From Hemiscyllium ocellatum (Eukaryota): 64,000 nucleotides of DNA. Positions 26,370 through 38,600 of this stretch are shown piece by piece. Where the stretch lies: assembly GCF_020745735.1 (NCBI RefSeq), contig NC_083435.1:35985090-36049089 (forward strand), read 5' to 3'. The notes under the pieces were generated by a model. That model saw only the letters and a program-made list of their open reading frames with translations. It did no database searches and was not told where the DNA came from. Each line of letters starts with the position of its first letter. Positions within the stretch are counted from its first letter, which is position 1. The position numbers were made by a program, and so were the translations under genes.

Positions 26370-27108
26370 ATCAAAGCAGACAGCATGAGAACATCAGAGA
26401 TCTTCTGACAGTGGATATTATTGTGGATTAGCTGCTCATATATAGATGTGGAAAGACAGTGAAAGAAGCCATTGCACAGTTTCTGATTAAAACGTAATGT
26501 GACTGCGGAGGGGTCCTGACAGATGAAGCGGAAGCTGAAAAAGGAAGAGGTGAAGGGAAACTGAAGTCGAGTGCACGGGAAATGTTCGATAGTGAGAGGA
26601 CTTCACCCTGATCCTGACAAGGTGAGAGCTGTAACAAAGACATGGGGGTGAACTGATGTGAGAAGTGTGCAGTGTTGTGTTGGTCACATAAACCACACCG
26701 GAAATTTCTTGTCTAATTTGTCATGAGACTGTGAACCAATGTCCAAGCTCAGTCCTGAGGAGGGCCAGTGGTACTGGGGCAGGAACAAGAAGCAGCTTTC
26801 ACTCAAACAACCAAGATCACCAACTTGTGCCCACACCAGGTGGGACGGCTTCAGGGGAAAGTGGGACAGGCTGCAAGGAGCAGTTTTGTTGAGGAATATT
26901 TTTTGTGAACTGTATATAGTAATTAAGTGTTAACTGCAGATGATAGTTGATACATTTAATGTATTTTAAACAAAAAGAGATATCATTTGTGAAATGCAAA
27001 TTTTATATTATAAACACTGACTTGCCATCATCACAGGACCACTTATGTTTTTCTTAGAGTTTCGCCAATAAAACTCAAAACCCACTGCATGACACAAACA
27101 TCACTCAC

Positions 27109-27430
27109 TGAGGTGTGAGTATTTGTTGTCAATGTTTTTTTCTGACAGATGTTAGCATTGGATATATGGTCTCTCGGTGTATGTGTGTGTGTGTGTGTGT
27201 CGCTGAGTATGTGTCTCTGTATGTGTGTCTCGATGTGTGTATATGTGTGTGTGTGCGTCTAGGGGGGAGTGGTGGGTGTTACAGCAGCCGAGGGAGTGGA
27301 CAGGGGACCTGGAGGAGGCACTGAGCCCCGGGTCACAGAGGGGAGTGAGACAGAGCCTCAGCTGCTGACACTGACTCCCCGCCCACCTCCCCCCTCCCCC
27401 TGCTAAGCCTACCCTTTCCTCCCTCCAATA
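27109..27430 (-). promoter_or_regulatory. Candidate TATA-less promoter and noncoding first exon
   Basis: On the minus strand: ATTGG, GGGCGGGG, TCAGT initiator-like motif, then a 265-nt segment ending CA|GTGAGT. Motif-only support. Confidence 0.35.
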
Positions 27431-27667
27431 GCTGCTGGGTCACCAGTCAGTGAAGTATTCCTGATTCCCAGCAGCTGCCTGGCCCTCTCTTCACACTCAT
27501 TCAGATCCTTCCGAAAGGACGCATCCCACCACCGCTCCCCCCCCACACCTCCCCCACCTTCCCCCACCCCAGGGAATGAACACTCCCGGACATTATCAAC
27601 CATCCAACTCTGAAACACACACATTAAATAAACATCACTTTGTACATCCTGAACAAAAACAGAGATT

Positions 27668-27811
27668 GCTGGAAAAGCTCAGCAGGTCTGGCAGCATCTG
27701 TCAAGAGAAATCAAAGAAATCAGACCAGTTCTGAGGAAGGGTCACCAGACCTGAAACGGTAACTCTGATTTCTCTGCACAGATGCTGCCAGACCTGCTGA
27801 GCTTTTCCAGC
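27668..27811. mobile_element. Penelope-derived palindromic mini-element
   Basis: Perfect 34-bp inverted repeat (27668-27701 and 27778-27811) around a hammerhead-like core CTGAGGA-A-GGGTC-ACCA-GACCT-GAAAC. Confidence 0.7.
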
Positions 27812-28054
27812 CATTTCCATTGTTGTTTCTGATTTACAGCATGTACAGTGCTGTCGGTTTTTACTGTGTACATCCTGCTTGGTTTGGGGAAGGCTTCCTG
27901 GGGAGTTACATGGTCATAACCCCCTCCCAGTTCACACTGAACTGAAGCTCAAACCCTGCTGAATCCAAGATCCACAGTCTGCAGAGTGAATGAATTAACC
28001 CTTTCCTGTGAAATCATTAATGAAGAATTCAGACAAATCAATGATCAGCAATAA

Positions 28055-28645
28055 TTTATTGATTAGCAACTGCAATGATCAATATCTGCAGTTAATTGTT
28101 GATGATAAATAATGACAGATGTTTGCTGCAATAAATACATGATTGTGAACAAATAAAATAAAGGAAGTTTACATAAAAGTTCACATTTGATCACGCTGTT
28201 TACGTAAAGTGCAAAACAGATCAGTTCAGCTTAAAACAGATGAGAATAAAAATAGAAGAGTAGAAGTTAAATAGTGAGAGAGATATCAATCTAACAATAA
28301 GACCGTAACAAAATTCATAGAGACTATAACATAAAAGTTAAAATTTCATTGCATGAAGTGCAGAAATGATTCACGTCCTACAAGACAAAACTCGCTCAGA
28401 GGGAGTTCAGGACATTGCTACATTTCAGCTCAATCACTGACCCACTGAAGACAGTGAAGATGAGAAAGTGTGAGGGAGGAACCATCCGTGAAGATCCCTC
28501 TGACGGTGACACTGCTCACATTTCTGAGACGGGATGGAAACACAACTTGAGAGGGTCCCACTTGCAGAATCAGGATCCACGTGCGGATCTGGGATCCACT
28601 GTTCAACCTGTGGAAACACATTTTCAGGAAAAGTCAATCTCAATC
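28055..28645 (-). other. Probable terminal (3' UTR) exon of copy B with AATAAA at 28060-28055
   Basis: ttgtttcag|GATTGAG acceptor; poly(A) signal downstream; a homologous exon start recurs at 56320. Confidence 0.5.
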
Positions 28646-28666
28646 CTGAAACAACTGGGTGTGAGC

Positions 28667-29110
28667 TGACAGGGTCAGGAGGGGAGGGGAATTAGTCTGA
28701 CAGGGTTTAACAGTGTCTGGGAGGGTGGGACAGGGTCAGGAGGGGAGAGGAATTAGTCTGACAGGGTTTATCAATGTCTGGGAGTGTGGGAAAGGGTCAG
28801 GAGGGGAGGGGAATTAGTCTGACAGGGTTTAACAGTGTCTGGGAGCGTGGGACAGGGTCAGGAGGGGAGGGGAATTAGTCTGACAGGGTTTAACAGTGTC
28901 TGGGAGGGTGGGACAGGGTCAGGAGGGGAGGGGAATTAGTCTGACAGGGTTTAACAGTGACTCGGAGGGTGGGACAGGGTTGGGGGGAGGGGAATTAGTC
29001 TGACAGGGTTTAACAGTGTCTGTGAGGGTGAGGCAGGGTCGGGGGAGGGGAATTAGTCTGACAGGGTTTAACAGTGTCTGGGAGGGTGAGACAGATTCAG
29101 GAGGGGAGTG
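28667..29110. repeat. 61-bp G-rich minisatellite, about 7 copies
   Basis: gaattagt recurs at 28689, 28750, 28811, 28872, 28933, 28992 and 29050. Confidence 0.95.
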
Positions 29111-29270
29111 AAGAATTTCCAAATAAGTCTTCAGACAGAAATTGACCTATCATTGACTAAATTATGAAGAAGCTGGAATACAGACGTCCAAAGCTGAGAA
29201 AATAAAACAGAAAGTTTGAAATGAAATGAAATATAAAGTTACACACTCTGAAATATTCTCTCTCACTCAC

Positions 29271-29306
29271 TGGACCCAGGATTCAATCACCCTCAGCACT
29301 GACTAA
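29271..29306 (-). CDS. Probable last coding micro-exon of copy B, with three tandem acceptors
   Basis: Polypyrimidine tract then gtag|ttag|tcag|; donor A|GTGAGT at 29270-29265. The second acceptor gives ISAEGD-stop. Confidence 0.45.
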
Positions 29307-29579
29307 CTACATTCACACAGCACAGTGCAGAAGGAATTAAGGGTGAAGGAGTGAGGGAGAGGGAGTACGGAATGGGAAAATAGGGAGTGAGGATTGGATG
29401 GAGAGGTTGTGGGGGTTGGAGTTGAGGAAGAGAAGGATGAGAGAGTCATGAAGGATAAGAGAGTCATGAAGAACTGAACCGTGAGGAAACTGATGAGTGT
29501 CCCATCCAGGAGAATGTAACTCTACACCTTCCAATCTCTCTCCCATCATTCCCAACAGTCTGTCCCCTCAGTCACTTAC

Positions 29580-29612
29580 TGGGAGCTGTTGTGTAGGTCC
29601 CACTTGGGGAAC
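29580..29612 (-). CDS. Class I copy B 33-bp cytoplasmic exon (GSPSGTYTTAP)
   Basis: ttttgtttctgcag| acceptor, A|GTAAGT donor, phase-symmetric; YxxA as in class I tails. Confidence 0.8.
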
Positions 29613-32600
29613 CTGCAGAAACAAAATAAATGTCCATTAGAATGAGGAATAATTCATTCTCAGAGAGTGAGAACACAACAACTGTGAGGGAATGGAGATT
29701 GTGTCAGAAATCCTCATTCCCACGCTCCCCTCCATCCTTACACTTTATGGAGATTCTGGAGATCTCTCCCACCCCATTGATATTCAGTCAGTGAGGATGT
29801 AAGTGTGTGTGATGGGTTTATTGATCAATATTAGACCTGGTCTAGGCCAAAGGATGATCTGACAGGGAACGAGACGGGTTTATACGTTGTATATCTGTGC
29901 TGGAATTCAATCAGTTCCATTCCCCACAGTGCCCTGTACTCCCAGTACTGGAGATTCCCCCGCACTCACTCTGTCCCCTCACTTCCACATTCCCCTCTCT
30001 CTGAATCTTACCTCTCCAGGGTCTTTTCCAGATGATTATTCCGAATATTGCAGCCATTGCAGCGATTAATCCAATCAAAAGTATAAGATGGGAACGTACC
30101 ACACTGTTTTCTGGGATTTCTGAAACACATTGGAATAATATCAGGATTATCTCTGCTCCTGGATCCACTCTCGGTCTGTGTTGATTGGGGACAGTTTTAG
30201 TTTAACCCACCCATTGGGAATTGATGGACTTGGTTCAATAAATTTTGCATTCCAGATCTCATTGATGGGATCGATGTAATAACTGCACAGAGGATGGTAT
30301 CCATCACCAAGTCACCCTTTATTTATACCTGAACAGTCCTTGACTTTAGGACTGACACTTTCAGAGTCAGGTAGCAGAGTGTCATCATCTCTGACACTTC
30401 CCTTTTTATTTGTCAGCCAGGGCTCCCTGATTGGGGCTGGATCAATCAGAGAACTCATATTCCCTAAGGTCCTGCTGGCTAGCCTCGTTACAATCACAAC
30501 TTCCCTCCCACTCTGAGTCTGAGAACATAGGCCAGCCATTTTCCTTGGAGAGCATCCTGGGGCATTTTAACACTGGGACAGCTTCCTCCATGTTCAGCAG
30601 GTAATAACGGTAGCATCGAATGCACAGGAGTTCGCCTCTTGTGCCAGGAGTGCCTTGGCAGGATTTTATTTTCTTCTTCCAGTGGCAAAGGCATCGATTT
30701 GGCTCCTTCCATCATGTCCATCTCAGATTCTAATCTCACAACAATGCTTGACAGAGATAGTGAACCCCTGGGTTCTGGCAGCCTTTCTGACTGCTCAGAG
30801 GGGCAGGGTATGTTTTGCTCCTGCATTGTTTACAAATTTCCAACTTTCAAACGGACCTTGTGCTGGTTCAGGACCATCGCACCTGCCTGACCTTTCCACA
30901 TCACTGGTCCCGATCTCACATGGAGAATGCCTCTTTCCCATACAGGGCCATTTCCATCATTCTTACACCAAACCTCCTCCCCTTACTGTGATGATACTGC
31001 AACTTTAAGAGGTTATTTTGTCCTGTTTCTTTTTAAAGAGACGTTGTAAGGCAGAGGTGTCGAGCTGTCTGGTTGGAAAGCCAATGAAGTAACTGGCTTA
31101 CAAGGCCTTGGGTTTTTTAATGCAGGAACAATAGAAGCAGCCTGGATGGGAGTATCCAGCTCTCGGACCGAGATTTCTAGTTTGTAGTTTTTTAGCTTTG
31201 CGATTCAGCATCAGTTACTTATGGAGTCTCAACAGGCTCGGAATTACAGTAAATGTCTCCTTGCTGCTCCTCTCTCTGAGCTTTCTCTTGAAGCTTTTCC
31301 TTCTGGCTTGCTGCAGTTACCTGTGAGACAAATCTATTTTCTGAACTTTGCCAAGGGGTGTGTTTATGGGATGTTACTACATTGAACCATTAATTAGTAA
31401 TCGGTACTGTGTCTGTTGATTTCTTAATTTTTCTGATAGATTTATGGTATTCTAAATTCGTCTTTCTTTAGTTATATTTTAATTCTACCATTTCGATAAA
31501 GTGTGTTTTGCCTAAAGCTGAGTAGTGTGACCAATCGAATTGCATCTGGAACACAGCACTTTACATTTGCCTTTAAAATAAGATAAAGTTAGGCCCCAGG
31601 CTTCCTTCTTAAAATATTTTGCAGGGGTCTGGTCTGATCCTTAATTCCCTGTATTAAACAGTTTCTTTTATTTGGCGGAGACTTGTGTCCAGCATTGGTG
31701 TTCCTGAGGCCATTACACCCCACCCCCACAGGTCCGGGAAGATCAGATTCAACCTGGTGCAGAGTCTTCTACCCATCAGCAACTCTGCTGGTCCCAACTC
31801 TGCTGTTGCATGTGGGGTGATCCCATAATCAAATAAGAACCATGATACCTTGGTAACTATCAAGAGGGTCGGCTGTTTTTCAAGCCAGCCTCTAAAGTTT
31901 GGACTGCTTTTTCTGCCAGGCCATTCAATGTTGGGTGGTATGAAGCTGTCCTTACCTGAAGAATCTCAAAACATTTTAAAAACATGACAAAATTTCTGTC
32001 TTGTAAATTGTGGTCTGTTCCTTGTGCTACCTGGGAGGCTTTATCGTGCTACTCCAGAGGCTTTAAACTAGTAAGGGGATGACTCAAATCAAAGTAACAG
32101 TGAGTAAAGAGAAAGGGCTGAGGCTGGTACAGCTCTAAGGGGAACAGCTCAAATCGTCAAAGCAGGCAAGAGCTTGGCAGTGACCAAGGTCAGAATGATA
32201 AACTGCATTTACTGCAATGTAAGAGGTCTGTCAGGGAAGGCAGATGAACTTAGGGCATGGTTGGGAACATGGGACTAGGGTATCACTGCTATTACAGAGG
32301 TATAGCTAAGGGACGGACTGGATTGGTATCTCAATGTTCCAAGGTATAGATGCTATAGGAAAGATAGAAAGGGGGGATAAGAGAGGAGGACAAGATTTTC
32401 ATTCAGGATAACATTACAGCTGTACTTAGGGAGGCATACATTGGGAGATTGACCAGTGAAGTTATATTGGTGGAACTGAGAAATAAGGAGGAGATGATCA
32501 CCTGGTTGAGATTGTATTATAGCCCCCAGTAGGCAGCAGGAAATTGAAAACCAAATGTGTAAGGAGATCTCATATCTGTGAGAATATTCGCATGGTAACA

Positions 32601-35600
32601 GTAGATTTTAATTTCCAAACATAGACTAGGGCTGTCATTGTGTTAAGGGCTTGGATTGGGAGGAAGTTGTTAAGTATGTCCAAGAAAACGTTCTTCTTCA
32701 ATATGTGGATGGACCGACTGGAGAAGGAGTAATACTTGAACTTCTGTTGGGAACAATTGTAGGGCAAGTGAATGAGGTGTCCAGGGGGAGCATTGTGGTG
32801 CAAGTGATCATAACTCTATTAGTTTTAAAGTAGTGATGGAAAAGGATAGAACTGATCAAAAAGGTAAAGTTCTAAATTGGAGTAAGGCTGATTTGGACAG
32901 TATCAGACAGGAACTTGCAAAAGGTGATTGGAGGGAGGCTATTTGCAGGTAAAGGGATGAATGGGAAGTGGGAAGCCTTTTAGAAGAAGATAATGAGGGT
33001 CCAGAGACAGTATATTCCTGTTAGTGTGAAGTATTACAAAGTCAAAAGCCTGTCTGTTCACTTTAAAGTAGAAAGTGTTTTCTGAAGTTTGAAGTAAACT
33101 TCAAGCGCAGGCTCAGCTGCCTGAATGGAAAGACTGGGAGACGAGCTGTTCCAAAATAGATACATGCAGCAACTGGCTGTGAAATAGATACCTGCAGTTC
33201 CCCTTACACCCAGCCCCAGACCCGAAGAAGGGTTACACCTGAAGTGTTAGCTTCTCCACCTCCTGATGCTGCCTGGCCTGCTGTGTTCTTCCAGCCTCCT
33301 GCCTGTCTACCCTGAGTTTTGCTGCTGTTTTGACACCAACGCGAATTTAACTGATTGGTTTAAATTGTGCCGAGGATACTAAAAACCCAATTGAGTTTGA
33401 GTTTATTGTTTTGTCACCAGGAAACCAATCAAATTATAAGAATTTACTGTGTCATGGAGGCTATAAAACATGGGAGTTTTGAAAATTGGTCAGAAAGCAA
33501 CTGCCATTGATCCACTGAGCAACTACCCATCTGACATCTTGCTCTCAAAGAAATTAGAAACATTCTCTATCAAAGGTACCTTTGCATGTGAAACATCCTC
33601 GCAGTAACAAAGAAAGAAAACAACCCCCAGGGAGATCTGCAGGGGGAAGATTGAAGACACCGAAGAAGATAGAGAGTATGTGGTCTTGAGATTAGGTTAA
33701 TGTAATGTTTAATAAGTGTGTTATTGGAATAGCTTTTATTTGTAGAGTTGGGGTCAGATCATAAGAAGTTAAGAGAAGTGGGGCAAGGGGGTTTGGATAT
33801 GTGAATTTTTTTTGGTTTAATGTTCACTATCAGAGTTATTCTTTTTACGTAACAGAGGGGTTTGACCACTGCATGATAATAGAAGGACAAGGCTGATCGA
33901 TGTAGGAAATGCTGTAAGACTTGAGAAATTGAAGTTCTGGTCAAGAAAAAGAAAGAGGCATTTATCAGGTATAGACAGCAGGGATTGAGTAAATCCCAAG
34001 AAGTGTATAAGGGCAGTTGGAGTATCCTTAAGAGGGAAATCAGGAGGACAAAAAGAGAACATGAGACAGCTTTAGCAAATGCAGTTAAGGAGAATCCAAA
34101 GAGACTCTAAACGTACATTTCAGCAAAAGAGTAAATAGAGAATAGGGCACCTTAAAGATCAATGTGGCTGTCTATGTGTGGAACCATAGAGATCAGTCAG
34201 ATACTAATCACATATTTTGTGTCAGTACGTATCGTGGAGAAGGACATGGAAGCTCGGGAACTTGGGAAAATAAATAGTGATGGCTTGAAAACAGTGCACA
34301 TTACAGAAGAGGAGGTACTGAGGATTAAAATGCACAATGGTAGATAAATCCCCAGGACCTGATCAGGTGGTACCCAGAATTCTGTGGGAAGCTAGGGAAG
34401 AGGTTGCTGCGTACCTAGCTCAGATGTTTGGATCATCAATAACCAAGGGAGAGGTGCCAGAAGACTGGAGGGTGGCTAATGTGGTGCCACTATTTAAGAA
34501 AGGCTGTAATGAAAAGCTAGGGAACTATAGCCCAATGAGCCATACGTCAGTGGTGGGTACATAGTTGGAGGAGATTCTGAGGAATAGGACTCATATACAT
34601 TTGGAAAGCAAGGACTGATTAGAGATAGTCAACATGGCTTTGTGCGTGGGAAATTGTGTCTCTATAACTTGACTGAGTTTTTTGAAGAGGTAATAAAGAA
34701 GATTGGTGAAGGTAGAGGGGTAGATGTTGTCCATATGGACTTCAGCAAAGTGTTTGACCAAGTTCTGCATGTAGACTGGTTAGTAAGGTTCGATCACATG
34801 GGACCCAGAAGAAGCTAGCTAACTGAATATAAAACTTGGCTTCAAGGTGGGAAACAAAGGTTGGTCTAAGAGGGTTGCTTTTTGGACCGAAGCCTGTGAC
34901 CAGTGGTGTGCCACAAGGATCGGTGCTGGCTCCATTGCTTTTCATCATTTATATAACTCAGTTGCAGATATGGGCGGAAAAATGGTCGATGGAGTTTAAT
35001 CCAGGTAATTGTGAGGTGCTGTGCTTTGGGAGATCACATGTTAAGGAAAAGGATACAGTTAATGGCAGGACTCTGAACAGCATTGATAGACAGAAGGATC
35101 TTGAGGTTCAAGTCTATAGCTCCCTGAAAGTGATCACCCAAGTAGATACGGTGGTAAAGAAGGCGTTTGGCATCTTGCCTTCATTGGTCAGGGTCAAAGA
35201 GTGTGGCACTGGAAAAGCACAGCCAGTCAGGCAGCATCTGAGGTGCAGGAGAACCGATGTTTCGACCGTAAGCTCTTCATCAGGAATGAGGCTTGTGGCC
35301 CAAGATAAATGGGAGGGGGGTGGGGTGGGGTTGGGTGAGGGGAAGGCAGCTGGGAATGCAATAGGTAGATGGTGGGGGTAAAGATGATAGGTCGAAGAGG
35401 AGGGTGAAGTGGATCGGTGGGAAGGAAGATGGACAGGTGGGACAGTTCAAGAGGGCGGTGCTGAGTTGGAAGGTTGCTTCTGGGATTTAGGTGTGGGGAG
35501 GGAAAATGAGGAAACTGGTGAAATCCACAAAGATCCCGTGTGGTTGAAGGGTCCCAAGGTGGAAGATGAGACGTTCTTCCTCCAGGTATCGGGTGGTTAG

Positions 35601-38600
35601 GGTTTGGCGGTGGAGGAGGCCCAGGGACGTGCATGTCCTTGGTAGAGTGAGAGGGGGAGTTAAAGTGTTCACCCACAGGGTGGGGTGTGTGTGTGCGTGT
35701 GTGCGTGTGTGCGTGTGTGTGTGTGTGTGTGTGTCAGAGATGGCTGAACACTTTAACTTGCTTGCAAATATAAGCCCGAGATTTCAATGAAGTAATGAAA
35801 CAACTGTCATTGTCTCAGGATTGGCACTCTGTGATCCCAAGAAAGATCTTGTGTTGACATGCGATGTCTCCCCACACATTTCATTGTCGAGATCCCTGGT
35901 GGAGTTCAACTAGAGTTTGGTGGCAGCCTTTACTCAGGATAATCACACTTTCTCTGACAAGTTCTAACAATATTCCATCCTCTGCCGTGAGCTGGTATCT
36001 CTGGGCCCAAACATTTTTCAATTCAAAGGATTTCAAGTGCCTTTTGGTTTCCCTCATAAATACAAGTTATTTCCGGTTTGAAGGGATTGGATCTTTCTGT
36101 GTCCAAAGCCTGATAGTCAGCTCTGATTAGGAGCTTGTCCAGAAAGTTTAATACCATTACAGACCATTCCACTGGGGGGCGCTACCAGTGGTGTATTTGC
36201 TCATGGCAGGCGGCTCAATACATCCACATTCACTACTCAGCCTCCTAGGCAGTGTTCTGGCTTGCAATTGTAAGCACTTAGTATTAGAACCCACCATTGA
36301 AGGTGGCCCAAAATTACAGGGTGGCCCTGCCTTGTCCTCTTTAAACACACCAAGTAGTCCATGATTATCACAAATTTTAATTCATAAAGGTATTGGTGGA
36401 ATGTCCTGACCCCAGATATGACCATCAATCCTTCCTTCTGTATCTGGGTGTATTTACGTGCTGCATTGGCCAAAGCCCTAGATGTATATGCTGTTGGATG
36501 TTCCTCTCCACTGAGCCATCATGAGCTAATACGACTCCAATGCTGTGCGGGAAAACATCGCATGTCAGTACTAGGTCTTTCTTGGGATCACAGAGTGCCA
36601 ATTCTTAGAGGATGACAGTTGTATCGTTCCTTCATTGAAAGCTCGGTCTTATGTTTGCAACCATTTCCCAGGCTGATCCTTTCTGTCACGAGTTGATGTA
36701 ATGGTGCCAGGACGAAGGCCAGGTTATGTACAAACCTTCCAAAATAATTTACCAGCCCAAGAAAAGACGTAATTTCCTGGACAGATGTAGGAACCAGAGC
36801 ACCTTTGATCTCCCTCACTTTATCTTCCAACAGGTGTAACCCAGAGTTGTCGAATCTGTATCCCAAGTAGATCATTTGGGATACACAATTTCCCTTCTTA
36901 GGCAAATGCCTGCCTTGGAAAACCACCTTCGGACTATATCCAGTTCTCTGACTGCTCCTTATTAGTTTTCCCTGTTATTGACTAATTTACCATCTAAGTA
37001 AATGGCGACCTGGGGTAGACCATGCAAGATGTTCTCTATTGTCCACTGAAAGATCGAACAGGCTGACAATACCTCAAATGGCAGTCTTGTATCTTGGTAC
37101 AATCCCTGATGGATATTAATTGTAGCATACATCTGGGAACCTGGTCTGATCACAATTGCAAGGAAGTGTGGCTCATGTCCAGCTGTGTGAAGGAGAACTC
37201 CCATCCTGCACCAACGTTGGGCACAAATCCTGAGGGTCTGGCGATCTATTCTGCTGTCAAAAGCAGTTTACACTTTGTTTAAAATCCCCACAAAGGCAAA
37301 CCGACCCACTGGGCTTCAGTACCATTCCAATCACTGCTGCCTATTCCACAAACTGGACTGGTTTGATCATTCCTTCACTTTCCAGCCTTCTAATTTCTGC
37401 CTTGACTTTTGCCTGTCAGGCCAATGGCACTGGGCAGGCCTTACAGCATCATGGGATTGATTCCTGGTCAACATGCAAGGTAGTTTGGCTCCTCTGATAA
37501 CCCCTAGATCTTCCTGGATGATCTACAGGTAATTAAATTGAATTTCACTCAAGCAGCCAGTTTCTAATTGAAATATATTGAGCCATTCGGGGTGAATCTC
37601 TCACAACTGATTTCTCCCCATAAGCTCGGATTTGAAGCTTTTAGCACAATCATTGGTAACTGAACCTGCTGCCTTCCGTGAAAGAGCGGAACTGAAGTTG
37701 TACCCCTGATCTCTGAAGCTTCCTCAGTTGAGGTTCTCAGTCTGGCCAAGATCTTGTGCAAAGTTAAGGGTTGGAGTTCAGAGTGAATCTTGTTAAAGGT
37801 TGGTTCTGTGATCACTGATACAGCTGCACTCGGATCGACCTCCATCAGAACAGAATGACCAGTTAACCAGACGTTTAAATTGGTTGGTTCTGATTTTGAT
37901 GTCAGGAAGCAATTTGACTGTTCCAAACCAGATATGGACTGATTTTTCAGGTTACCCTCCAGGATACCAGCCTATAAGTTATCTCACTCAGTTTAAGCCC
38001 AGTGGGGCTCTTTTGCTGTCTCAATTCCATGTTCCCAACAGAAACACAATGGCTTGATGGCCAGGATCTTGAAGAAAATTCTAACCATTTGCTGGGGCTT
38101 GGTTTGGGGGTTTGCTGTGAGCCAACCTCGAGTCCCTCTGATCGATATGTCCTGACTGAGGCTATGTAATTGCCTGCACTCAGGCGGTGTTCCCCAAGTT
38201 CAGTCGGATTGTCGAGGGTGTCCACTTCCATTCGAATACGCTGTAACTCATGAGCTCCACTTGCTGCATTTTCCAATGATAAAGCCAGTTGTAGTAGCTG
38301 CCTGAAGTGCAGTTGGGATTCAGCCAGTAGGTGTTTTTGCATAGTTGCATAATTAATTGCAACATAGTGACATCATTAATAACATCACAGTTACATCAGT
38401 AATTCCACATATAATTCTCTATGCATCTCATTAAAGGTTAAGCCAAATTCACATGCTTCTGTCAGTCTTCTTAACCTCGTCAGGAATCCTGATGTGGATA
38501 TCCCTGGTTCTTGAATTACCAAATAAAAACAATTGTGTCTCAGAATTAGAGGAAGCTTTTGCTTATAATATTCCTGAATTATCTCCATTAATTCTTGAAA

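Larger units (their letters stand above)
24240..26850 (+). mobile_element. Degenerate Gypsy LTR-retrotransposon internal region, hosting a SINE and a Penelope insertion
   Basis: GNLRVCIDPKDFN near 25653; GLHPDPDKVRAV near 26598. Confidence 0.7.
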
